DNA from: a bacterium
Lineage (GTDB): Archaea > Aenigmatarchaeota > Aenigmatarchaeia > CG10238-14 > SCSR01
NCBI GenBank assembly: GCA_027310405.1
Contig: DAIDAX010000001.1
Span: 7,580 to 71,579, forward strand
Direction: 5' to 3'
DNA: 64,000 bases
Below are positions 29,061 through 37,862 of the stretch, one piece after another; the first letter of the stretch is position 1, and every line of letters starts with the position of its first letter. Below the pieces are notes generated by a model, which worked only from the letters and a program-made list of their open reading frames with translations, was not told the DNA's origin and did no database searches. The translations under genes and the position numbers were made by a program.

Positions 29061-29882
29061 ATGCCTACAAACTTACCTGTTGAGTGGTCATTAGTCGAAA
29101 AAGAATACCAAAGTGCAAAAACATTGGAGGAAAAAATTGCTACGCTGAAAAAATTAATTTCTGTCACACCAAAACACAAAGGGACTGAACATCTTCTCGG
29201 AGATTTGCGAAAAAGATTAGCAAAACTCGAGGATCAGCTAGAACGAAGATCCAAAAAAACTGGAAGAAAAGTAGAAACGATAAAGAAAACTGCAGATATT
29301 TTTGTACCGATAATCGGATTGACACAGAGCGGAAAGAGCACGCTGATGAAATCATTGACAAATGCTCCTGTGGAAATTTCTTCAAAACCTTACACAACAA
29401 GGGAATCGGTAACTGGAGTTCGTTTCTTCGAAGGTGTCGATATGCAGTTTGTGGAAATTCCATCGTTCTTTTTGAGAAAAGATATGGACATTGCAAGAAA
29501 TGCTGACGTAATTGTTGTAATGACTAGAGACGAGCGAGACTTGAAAAAAATTCAGGAAGTCGTTAGACAGAACAAACTTGAAGGAAAGAAAATAATTGTC
29601 ACCAACATTGGAAAACCTTACGAAGAATTGTTGCACGAAATAATTAACAAGATCGATGTTGTGAGAGTTTTTACAAAACCTGTTGGGAAGAAAGCTGCAG
29701 AGAAAGCAGTTGTTTTGAAAAAAGGTAGTGCGATGAAAAATCTCGTGAAAAGAATAAACGAAAGCTGGCTAAAGAATTTCAAGTTTGCAAGAATTTTCGA
29801 CGACACGGAATTTTCTGGAAGACGAGTCGGCTTGAATTATCTTTTGAAAGATAGAGATGTTGTTGAAATTCACAGTGGCTGA
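29061..29882 (+). CDS. DRG/OBG-like GTPase with TGS domain (degenerate G3/G4)
   Basis: PKHKGTE, GLTQSGKS, PYTT; C-terminal VGLNY.LKD.DVVEIH TGS domain. Confidence 0.85.
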   Translation: MPTNLPVEWSLVEKEYQSAKTLEEKIATLKKLISVTPKHKGTEHLLGDLRKRLAKLEDQLERRSKKTGRKVETIKKTADIFVPIIGLTQSGKSTLMKSLTNAPVEISSKPYTTRESVTGVRFFEGVDMQFVEIPSFFLRKDMDIARNADVIVVMTRDERDLKKIQEVVRQNKLEGKKIIVTNIGKPYEELLHEIINKIDVVRVFTKPVGKKAAEKAVVLKKGSAMKNLVKRINESWLKNFKFARIFDDTEFSGRRVGLNYLLKDRDVVEIHSG

Positions 29883-29916
29883 AAAGGATAAAAAGTTTTC
29901 TTTGTAAGCAGTTCGT

Positions 29917-30183
29917 ATGTACTACACATGTACTCTATCTGCAACTGGTAAAATTGGAGAAAGAGGCGCTAGAAAAATTTTAGAAGATAATTTAAGCAAG
30001 ATAGATAGAATTAACTTCACAGAATACTCGAATCCTGATGTTTATAAAATCTACTTTTTTCAAATTCTGAAGAGAAAAGAAGTAGAGAAAATTATAGCTA
30101 AAATCAAAAATGAAATGCAACCTTATGGTATACAAATTGAATTTACAGAGTTAAAAGATATTGCTGGTTTCGGGCGACACTAG
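29917..30183 (+). CDS. hypothetical protein
   Basis: 88-aa ORF; no family recognised. Confidence 0.55.
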   Translation: MYYTCTLSATGKIGERGARKILEDNLSKIDRINFTEYSNPDVYKIYFFQILKRKEVEKIIAKIKNEMQPYGIQIEFTELKDIAGFGRH

Positions 30184-30651
30184 CTACTCAACCAACACTT
30201 TGAGTAAATCTGCCTGAGAAACCATTCCAACAAGTCTTTCGTTTGCAATTACCGGAAGTCTGTTCACTTTGTTTCTCTCCATTACTTCTGCAGCCTCTAG
30301 AATAGTAGCTTCAGGGTTTATGGATACAATGTCTGTACTCATGAAATCTTCAGCTTTCATTTTTGACACTCTTTTGAGCTCGGTCATAAATTCTAATTCT
30401 CTTTTGAAAAGTTGTCCGACAAACAAAGTAAGCATATGAGGTTCTTCAGAACTTGCATCCAAATCTGGAAGCTTGATTCTCATGAAACGAATTATATCGC
30501 TCTCGCTAATTACGCCAACAACTTTTCCTTCTTGAATTACTGGAGCTCCGGAAATATTTTCACGAGAGAGAACCCTCGCTATTTTAAAAATGGAATCGTC
30601 TGGAGAAAAATAAATTATATTTCTACGCATGATGTCCTTTACGAGCTTCAC
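30184..30651 (-). CDS. CBS domain pair protein
   Basis: ISGAPV...VGVISESDI; VNRLPV...VGMVSQADL. Confidence 0.93.
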   Translation of the reverse strand: MKLVKDIMRRNIIYFSPDDSIFKIARVLSRENISGAPVIQEGKVVGVISESDIIRFMRIKLPDLDASSEEPHMLTLFVGQLFKRELEFMTELKRVSKMKAEDFMSTDIVSINPEATILEAAEVMERNKVNRLPVIANERLVGMVSQADLLKVLVE

Positions 30652-30779
30652 TCTAAATTATTGTTTTTCAAGAAGTAAAAAGTTTAAACTTTTAGTACGA
30701 GCCGATAAGCAGGCTGGTTATATTCATCTCAAACATCAATGAATCTTCCTTCCCTAACTTCTCTTGCCATGTACAGAGC

Positions 30780-30977
30780 CTAACATGAACTCACTATTCC
30801 CTGTTTGCGCCGCTTATCTGGTATTTCTTCTTTCAACAATTTCAGTTGAGCGACAAGTTTCGTGAGCTTGAAATCTTTCTCTTGCCAGTAAAATTCCCTG
30901 ACAACTCTTCCTATTGGGTTGTAAATGTCGTCATTCAAATTGAGTTCTTTTTTCTTTTTTGTGACAACGGATTTCAT
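30780..30977 (-). CDS. small hypothetical protein (possibly extends past TAG to 30729)
   Basis: 65-aa ORF; frame stays open for 16 more codons after the TAG. Confidence 0.5.
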   Translation of the reverse strand: MKSVVTKKKKELNLNDDIYNPIGRVVREFYWQEKDFKLTKLVAQLKLLKEEIPDKRRKQGIVSSC

Positions 30978-31020
30978 TAAAGTCTGTTCGGCTCATATGA
31001 AAACAAACTAGACATTTGGT

Positions 31021-31350
31021 CTACCTTATCTTCGAACCGACTTCAATTTCTTCAGAAGGTTGGAGCAAAACGATTTTTCCTTCTTTGTTTTCCGCAGCAA
31101 GAACCATGCATTGCGACTCGATATCCATCATTTTTCTCTTCTCAAGATTCGTGACGAAAATAAATTTTTTTCCAACAAGTTGTTCGGAAGTAAAAATCTT
31201 TTTTAATCCAGCAACTGCTTGTTTTTTCTCATTTCCAAAATCGACTTGAAGTTTAATTAACTTTTCAGAATTAGGAATATCTTCAACACTAAGAATTTTT
31301 CCAACACGTATGTCAAGTTTTTGAAAATCTGCAAATGAAACTTCTACCAT
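31021..31350 (-). CDS. stand-alone tRNA-binding domain (MetRS C-terminal / Trbp111-like)
   Basis: FQKLDIRVGKI, KLIKLQVDFG, NL..RKMMDIESQCMVLAA. Confidence 0.92.
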   Translation of the reverse strand: MVEVSFADFQKLDIRVGKILSVEDIPNSEKLIKLQVDFGNEKKQAVAGLKKIFTSEQLVGKKFIFVTNLEKRKMMDIESQCMVLAAENKEGKIVLLQPSEEIEVGSKIR

Positions 31351-31374
31351 ACCAAAAATATTCTGCGGGAAGAT

Positions 31375-31871
31375 TTAAATTGTTAACAATTCTTCTAAAG
31401 AAAGCCCAGGGGAATTTCCGGCATAGACTGGTACACCTTTGATTTCTATCGCTGCAAAGAATAATCTCGGATAGTGGTTTGCTCTGGGTCTCTTTAATTT
31501 CTCGTTGTATGAGAGATTGGTTTTGCTACCTCCGCGCTGCATAAATGTAGAAACAATGTTCTCAAATATACTACGAACTGGTTCATCTGCATCCAAATGA
31601 CCATATGTTCGTTCAAAAAAGACACTTGTTAATTCGACGACTGACGGACGAAATAGGTATCCGTCCTTTTCTAGTTCTGCAGCTTTACGAGGATCGTAAA
31701 TTCTCCCAAGTGATCTAGCTGTTGTAGCTGTTCTATTTTGATTCTGGGAGATAACAGTTTTCAATAAAGTTTGTTTTCCATTTGGCAGATCTTCTACATA
31801 GATAATGAATAATGTTCGATTCCGGACAAATCACGTGCTTTTACAGCTTTCAAGAATTCTATTGCTTGCAT
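31375..31871 (-). pseudogene. orphan ORF with an apparent frameshift near its 5' end
   Basis: ATG at 31871 gives MQAIEFLKAVKARDLSGIE..., stopping early; the -1 frame continues ...TLFIIYVEDLPNGKQTLLKTVISQ... to 31375. Confidence 0.4.
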
Positions 31872-31904
31872 AGCAAGATTTTTTGAACGGAGAACTATTT
31901 AAAC

Positions 31905-33392
31905 TCATTCAACTTTCTGAAAAAGAATTTTTCCTTTCTTGACTTTTCCTTCAAATTTTTTCTCGAACTTTATATCAGAAAATTTTTGTGGATTCAGTCC
32001 AAGCTGTTCGAAGATTTTTTCAGAAGTTTCAGGAAGAAATGGCGAAATCAGAATCGCAATTACACGTACAGCTTCCAATAGATTATGAAGTATATTTGAA
32101 AGTTCTTCTTTTTCTTTTTTCCAGGGTTCAGTTTCATTCACATATTTGTTTGTTGCTCGGACGAATTCCCAAATTTCTTCAATTGCAGAATTTATCTCAA
32201 GTTTTTCCATATGATTGTCAATTTTTTGGAGGCGTAGCTTACCGAACAACTCATCAACACCAATAATTTTTTTATCGAATTTCTCTACAAGGGAAAGAAC
32301 TCTGTAAACAAGATTTCCCAAGTCTGCTGCAAGTTCTCCATTTATTTTTTCTTTCAATGAATTTTCTGAGTAATCACCGTCGCTACCAAATGGTATCTGT
32401 CGCAAAATAAAATAGCGGAAAGCATCAACAGAATATTTTTTCGAAACTGCAATTGGATCAACAACATTACCCAACGTCTTCGACATTTTCTGTCCTTCAA
32501 CAGTCCACCATCCATGTGAAAAAACTTTTTTCGGAGGTTCGATATCTGCAGAGAAAAGAATCGCAGGCCAGATTACAGAATGGAACCAGTTAATCTCTTT
32601 TCCAACAAGATGGACATCTGCAGGCCAGAATTTTTTAAACGATTTTCCATCAGGCCAACCAAGAGCGGAGACGTAGTTAATCAGTGCATCCAACCAAACA
32701 TAGACTGTATGTGAATTGTCAAGAGGAAACTTTATTCCCCACTTCAGATTTTTTCTACTTATGCTAAGATCTTTCAAGCCTTCTTTTACTCTGTTGATAA
32801 TTTCCGGAGCACGAAACACCGGAGACAAAAATTCTGGATTGTCTTTGTAAAACTGAAGAAGTTTTTTCTGGTACTTGCTCAAACGGAAGAAGTATGTTTC
32901 TTCTTTCAACAATTTCAGTTCGAGGCTCGGATGATCTTTACATTTTCCATTGACAATTTCTGTCTCTGTTTTGAAACTCTCGCATCCGGTACAGTATAAA
33001 CCTTCGTAGAATCCTTTGTAGATGTCTCCATTTTTGTTAATCAATTCAATAATTTTTTTTACAACTTTTTCATGCCTCTCTTCCGTTGTACGAATAAAAT
33101 CATCGTAGGAAATACCAAGAGTTTTCCAAATAAGTTTGTATCTTTCCGAAACTTCGTCCGTAAATTTTTTTGGCGCCTTACCGACAGAATTGGCAGCTTT
33201 TTCTATTTTCTCTCCGTGTTCGTCTGTACCAGTCAAGAAGAAAACGTCTTCGCCCTTCAGTTTATGCCAACGTGCAAGAACATCTGCAACAATCGTTGTG
33301 TACGCATGTCCAAGGTGTGGAGAATCGTTTACGTAGTAGATAGGAGTAGTTACATAGAACTTCTTTTTTGCGCGTTTGGTTTTGGCATCAAT
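31905..33392 (-). CDS. metG: methionine--tRNA ligase (lacking C-terminal domain)
   Basis: TTPIYYVN..PHLGHAY, GTDEHG, YVWLDAL, KMSKT; start codon uncertain. Confidence 0.96.
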   Translation of the reverse strand: MDAKTKRAKKKFYVTTPIYYVNDSPHLGHAYTTIVADVLARWHKLKGEDVFFLTGTDEHGEKIEKAANSVGKAPKKFTDEVSERYKLIWKTLGISYDDFIRTTEERHEKVVKKIIELINKNGDIYKGFYEGLYCTGCESFKTETEIVNGKCKDHPSLELKLLKEETYFFRLSKYQKKLLQFYKDNPEFLSPVFRAPEIINRVKEGLKDLSISRKNLKWGIKFPLDNSHTVYVWLDALINYVSALGWPDGKSFKKFWPADVHLVGKEINWFHSVIWPAILFSADIEPPKKVFSHGWWTVEGQKMSKTLGNVVDPIAVSKKYSVDAFRYFILRQIPFGSDGDYSENSLKEKINGELAADLGNLVYRVLSLVEKFDKKIIGVDELFGKLRLQKIDNHMEKLEINSAIEEIWEFVRATNKYVNETEPWKKEKEELSNILHNLLEAVRVIAILISPFLPETSEKIFEQLGLNPQKFSDIKFEKKFEGKVKKGKILFQKVE

Positions 33393-33467
33393 TAGCGAAA
33401 CACCTTGAAACAACTATTGAGAATCGATATTTAAAACTTTTAGTCTAGGCTAACAAATTATCTATTA

Positions 33468-34133
33468 ATGAAAGTCCGTGCTGTAATTTTCGACTTCGAT
33501 CAGACTCTAGTAAACGATTATCCACAACACACAAGAGCTTTTCTTCTAGCGGCAAAAAAATTTGGATACAGACTTAGCAAAAAGAAAATCCAAAAAAAAT
33601 TCGGAGTTTCCGCAAAAAGTCTTGTACACGAGCTTATTCCAAAAATGACTGAAAAAGAATTGGAGAAATTTGTCGACTACAAAGAAAATTCGTACAGAAA
33701 ACTAACACGAGAAAAAGGAATAAAACTTATACCGAATGTTTTGCAAACTCTCAAATTTTTACGCAAGAAAAAAATAAAAATTGCTATCGCCTCTTCTGCA
33801 AGCAGACAAAATATTTTACTTGATTTCCAAAAAACTGGTTTGTCAAAATTTAGAATTCCATTTATTGCAGCCGAAGACGTACATCACACAAAACCAAATC
33901 CAGAACCTCTGCTAAAAGCTGCAAGACTTGTGAGAGTCAGTCCGAAAAACTGTTATTATATAGGCGATTCGAAGTACGAAATGATTGCTGCAAAACGAGC
34001 GAAGATGTTTGCAATCGGTATTCACACTGGCGCTTATTCTGAAAAAGAATTGGAAAAAAATGGAGCGAAAATCGTTTTTAAGAATTTCAAACAGCTAGAA
34101 AAATTTTTGAGGAAACAACTTACTCCATGCTGA
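33468..34133 (+). CDS. HAD-superfamily phosphatase
   Basis: FDFDQTLV, IASS, KPNPEP, IGDS. Confidence 0.93.
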   Translation: MKVRAVIFDFDQTLVNDYPQHTRAFLLAAKKFGYRLSKKKIQKKFGVSAKSLVHELIPKMTEKELEKFVDYKENSYRKLTREKGIKLIPNVLQTLKFLRKKKIKIAIASSASRQNILLDFQKTGLSKFRIPFIAAEDVHHTKPNPEPLLKAARLVRVSPKNCYYIGDSKYEMIAAKRAKMFAIGIHTGAYSEKELEKNGAKIVFKNFKQLEKFLRKQLTPC

Positions 34134-34147
34134 GAGGATAATTTTTA

Positions 34148-34681
34148 TTATAAAAATTTTCCCAAAAAAATTTCTGTATGTTTATCTAAATCTCGCATAT
34201 AATTTGCTACCCCATCACCGCAAATATAATGAACCCGTTTTTTAATTATAGTATTCACATCTAAACCAGCACCAAAATAAACTTCTGCAAAAAGATTGTT
34301 GAGCAGTGAAAGTAACCCCTCTGTGTAAATAGGCCACATCTCCCTTGTAATCTTATTGTGCAAAAGGGTGCTGATATCAAGAAACTGTCTTTTGTGTCGG
34401 CGAAATACACGGTCAATTGTGTAACCAGTGCGTGAATTCTCTGTCACTATATGCGACATTATTGCATAAAAGTCATCAAAATTTAGATAGTCAAAATATT
34501 TTTCAGTAATTTCACCTCCTCTTTCTGGTATAACAAATTTTTGATCACCCACTGGTTCGACTGGCTTGTCTGGCGTAAGCAAAATTAAACTATAACCAAT
34601 TGGTATTTTACTTAATAGAATTTTGAAAACTCCAGAATTTTCATCTGGAATGAGAAATCTTCTTTTTAAATTGCGGCTCAT
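34148..34681 (-). CDS. hypothetical protein
   Basis: 177-aa orphan ORF. Confidence 0.6.
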   Translation of the reverse strand: MSRNLKRRFLIPDENSGVFKILLSKIPIGYSLILLTPDKPVEPVGDQKFVIPERGGEITEKYFDYLNFDDFYAIMSHIVTENSRTGYTIDRVFRRHKRQFLDISTLLHNKITREMWPIYTEGLLSLLNNLFAEVYFGAGLDVNTIIKKRVHYICGDGVANYMRDLDKHTEIFLGKFL

Positions 34682-34755
34682 GAAAAATCAACATAAATTT
34701 AAGAAGTTCCAAAATTTAAATAGTCGTTTAAAAGAACAGACTGAAAAGTAGTAGT

Positions 34756-35100
34756 TTATTCGCGAACAATCTGGGCGAAGCGCGGAGTGATGACGAGATA
34801 GCCTTCTTCGGTGCCAGCTATGTCCCAACCGAATTGCTGGCAGACTCTCTTCCACTTCTGCACAGACGTTTGGAAAGCTCCAAGATCTCTTTTCTGCAAG
34901 TCTTTCGTCTTCAGAAAAAGTATCTGCCCTTCGCGCAAGAATTTCATCAGTCTATCGATGTCGATCATGCCGTTGAGATTCTCGATTCGAATGAGAACTT
35001 TTTCTCCAACCTGAGCTTCTTGCCCTTCTTCGACAGGAAGTTCCGCTGGTTCTGATTTCTTAGGACTGATGACGTCTATCAAATCTTTTAACAAAGGCAT
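34756..35100 (-). CDS. sepF: cell division protein SepF-like
   Basis: LREGQILFL...GWDIAG..EGYLVITP, the archaeal SepF/DUF552 pattern. Confidence 0.8.
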   Translation of the reverse strand: MPLLKDLIDVISPKKSEPAELPVEEGQEAQVGEKVLIRIENLNGMIDIDRLMKFLREGQILFLKTKDLQKRDLGAFQTSVQKWKRVCQQFGWDIAGTEEGYLVITPRFAQIVRE

Positions 35101-35133
35101 GAATCTCTAACTTCTATTTCGCTTTCAAACGAT

Positions 35134-35373
35134 TTAAATATTCACAGAACCTTTGATTTTCTCTCTAGAGAAAATTCTCTCAGAAACGTATTTTCCCAAT
35201 TTCAATAAGTACGGTTCTTTCGCTCTAGCTATTCCTAAAAGTCCGTCTAAAAACATTCCGACACCAATTAAAGCTCCGATGTCGCCAGATACACTTGGCA
35301 AAGAAGAATTGTAGGTTAGCTCTGCAAACAATGTTCCGCCAAGACTTTCTGCATAGCTAATCAGATTTCTCAT
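35134..35373 (-). CDS. small hypothetical membrane protein
   Basis: 79-aa ORF with one hydrophobic segment. Confidence 0.5.
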   Translation of the reverse strand: MRNLISYAESLGGTLFAELTYNSSLPSVSGDIGALIGVGMFLDGLLGIARAKEPYLLKLGKYVSERIFSREKIKGSVNI

Positions 35374-35428
35374 CTTTCTTACTTCTTTCGAAAAGTTAAA
35401 TTTCTTTCCTGAGATTTTGAAAAGATTT

Positions 35429-35884
35429 TTACATATTTTCTACAAAGTCAGCTGCATTCTGCAACGAGCTTGCAAATCCTGGCTCAGCGCCGAACACGAC
35501 AACTTTCTTTCCGTACTGTTTCGCTTTTTGAACAACAGGAAGAAAATCTGCGTCGCGTGTAGCAAGAGCAATATACTCAATGTCAGTCGAAACTGCAGCT
35601 TCGGTTGCAGCGACAGCAAGAGAAACGTCAACGTCGTTTGCATCTTCTTCTTTCATTGCAAGAATCATTATCACTTCAAACCCTTCGTTTATAACCGCTT
35701 CAATTAATTTTTCTGGAGCGAATTGATTTACAAAAACTTTTGCGATAACGACTCTTCCGTATTTTGCAGCTCTTTTTTTGAGTTCGCGCAAGTCAATCAT
35801 GAATTCTTTTCTGAGCATGTTCGGACCATCAACGAAAATTGCAATTCGTTGAGTCTTTTCAAAAACATTAGTTTCTTCTTCCAT
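35429..35884 (-). CDS. NYN domain protein (TIGR00288-like)
   Basis: FVDGPNMLRKEF, DVDV, TRDADFLP. Confidence 0.92.
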   Translation of the reverse strand: MEEETNVFEKTQRIAIFVDGPNMLRKEFMIDLRELKKRAAKYGRVVIAKVFVNQFAPEKLIEAVINEGFEVIMILAMKEEDANDVDVSLAVAATEAAVSTDIEYIALATRDADFLPVVQKAKQYGKKVVVFGAEPGFASSLQNAADFVENM

Positions 35885-35921
35885 TTTCAAAATCCTCCTT
35901 GGATTAAAATCCTATACCTGT

Positions 35922-36596
35922 TTATCCGGTCCACGAAAACGTTTGACCTTTTATAGATACAGCAGAACCTGTTATTAAATAGTTTCCGCTTAGTCCTACA
36001 TCTCCCTGAAATCCATCGATTCGTAGACTCTCGTTTTGTAGGTCCTCAGTAGCAGAACTGCCGCTAGTTTTTTTCAGCGTGCCGTAAACGTTCTGAAGAA
36101 CAAGAGGTTGTTTCGATAACGAAGAGATAGTGTAGTTCGCTGTAGAAAATTGCGAGATTATTTTCAATTTCTGACCTGAAGTTGAGCTTATGCTTACTGA
36201 ATTGAGTACTACAGAGTCAGCTTGTCCATTTAGAATAACTGTTCCGTAGCTGAATTGCGCTTGTCCGTTGAAGTTGTAAATTTGTACAGTTGCACCATTT
36301 CCGGGTTGATAGGACGAATCTCCGACTTGTAAAGTTATGAAATTTGTACCGAGCAAAACAATGTTGGAATTTTGTGCAGTGAGCGTTTGTCCGTCAAGTG
36401 AATTTGACAAAGTACTAAGACTAAACGAAAAAGCATTGCCACTAGGTGTTGGATTGAACAATGGGATGAACGAAGGTAAGTTGAGATATTTGCCTATATC
36501 GCCGATAACAGGTAAATTCAATGTTGTTGAACCGAAAAGTAAAACCAGAATACCCAAAATCACGACAATGGCAGCAATAATTTTAATCTTTGACAT
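35922..36596 (-). CDS. membrane-anchored beta-rich exported protein
   Basis: N-terminal TM/signal segment; Ser/Thr/Asn/Gly-rich body. Confidence 0.7.
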   Translation of the reverse strand: MSKIKIIAAIVVILGILVLLFGSTTLNLPVIGDIGKYLNLPSFIPLFNPTPSGNAFSFSLSTLSNSLDGQTLTAQNSNIVLLGTNFITLQVGDSSYQPGNGATVQIYNFNGQAQFSYGTVILNGQADSVVLNSVSISSTSGQKLKIISQFSTANYTISSLSKQPLVLQNVYGTLKKTSGSSATEDLQNESLRIDGFQGDVGLSGNYLITGSAVSIKGQTFSWTG

Positions 36597-36671
36597 TTTC
36601 CCTAAAACATTTTTGGCTAAACAAGAATATATTTATAGAGTGAAATCTTTCCTATAAGTAGAGGTTGACAA

Positions 36672-37862
36672 ATGGCTTTTGATTGGAGTGGTCTTCTCAG
36701 TAATTTGATCTACTTGGGGCTATTTTTCGTATTCATTTTCTTCTATCCAAGAATTATGATTTCACAGATGATGTTCAGTCTTGAAAGAACGGTAAACACT
36801 TTGGAGAAGTGGACAAATGAAGGAAAAAATATTGTCATTAAAAAAATCACGAAGAAACCGAGCAAGGAACTTAGAGAAGCGGTAAATAATTTTTTAGAAT
36901 TTTTCAGAATAGAACCAGTGAATATTGATCCTTATGGTGTGATGAAAAAGATAGAACATCTTGACGTTCTTTCTGATGAACGCTTGAAATATTTTGCAAA
37001 AAACATTGCACCGAAATTTGACACAGAAGCACAGGCAGACATTGTTGGTGGATTGAGTGGAGCAATAACTCTGCATCAAATTGCAAAAATAGTTAGACAT
37101 TATGTCGAAATGATTAGGAAAACTAAAAATCTCCAGCTTGCTTTAGTTTTACAGATGCAGCTACCGATGATTGAAAAACTTTCTCGAGCAATGCTTTATG
37201 CAACTGAAGCTCTCTCAAATGGTTGGCCGATTGGTGATTCTGTGGGACCACTCGTTGTAGCACATCTGATTGGAGATTCACACGTGAAAGAATTTGATGA
37301 TGAAACTTTGTATGTGCAAAAAAATCTTTTCGGGAAACAAGTTATAATTGTAAAAGCGAAAGGTCCAGGTGGACGTTTAGGAAAACTTGGAAGAGTAGTT
37401 GAAAAACTTTCGAAAGGAAAAAAGATTGCAAAAATAATCACGATTGATGCTGCACTAAAACTTGAAGGTGAAAAAACTGGATCAGTCGCAGAAGGAATCG
37501 GAGTTGCGATTGGTGGAAGTGGAGTTGATAGAAGTTACATCGAAAATGTCTCTACACAGAGTAGAATTCCTATTGATGCGGTTGCAATAAAAATGTCGCA
37601 GGAAGAAGCTGTAATGCCGATGAAGAATGAAATTTTCAATTCTGTTAATCATGCAATGAAAGTCGTTGAAGAAAATTTGAAGCGAACTCGCGGACACGGA
37701 AAAATAATTATTGTCGGAGTTGGAAATTGTTCTGGAATTGGAAATAATAAGAAAGCTGCAATGCAAGTTGAAACTTTGATTCGAAAAAATGCACAAACTG
37801 TGAAGAAAAAAGAGGAAGAAGAAGAGAGAGAACAGAAAAAGTGGAAACTCTTCGGATTCTAG
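36672..37862 (+). CDS. DUF1512 family protein
   Basis: PIGDSVGP, KAKGPGG, IDAALKLEGEKTGSVAEGIGVAIGG. Confidence 0.88.
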   Translation: MAFDWSGLLSNLIYLGLFFVFIFFYPRIMISQMMFSLERTVNTLEKWTNEGKNIVIKKITKKPSKELREAVNNFLEFFRIEPVNIDPYGVMKKIEHLDVLSDERLKYFAKNIAPKFDTEAQADIVGGLSGAITLHQIAKIVRHYVEMIRKTKNLQLALVLQMQLPMIEKLSRAMLYATEALSNGWPIGDSVGPLVVAHLIGDSHVKEFDDETLYVQKNLFGKQVIIVKAKGPGGRLGKLGRVVEKLSKGKKIAKIITIDAALKLEGEKTGSVAEGIGVAIGGSGVDRSYIENVSTQSRIPIDAVAIKMSQEEAVMPMKNEIFNSVNHAMKVVEENLKRTRGHGKIIIVGVGNCSGIGNNKKAAMQVETLIRKNAQTVKKKEEEEEREQKKWKLFGF

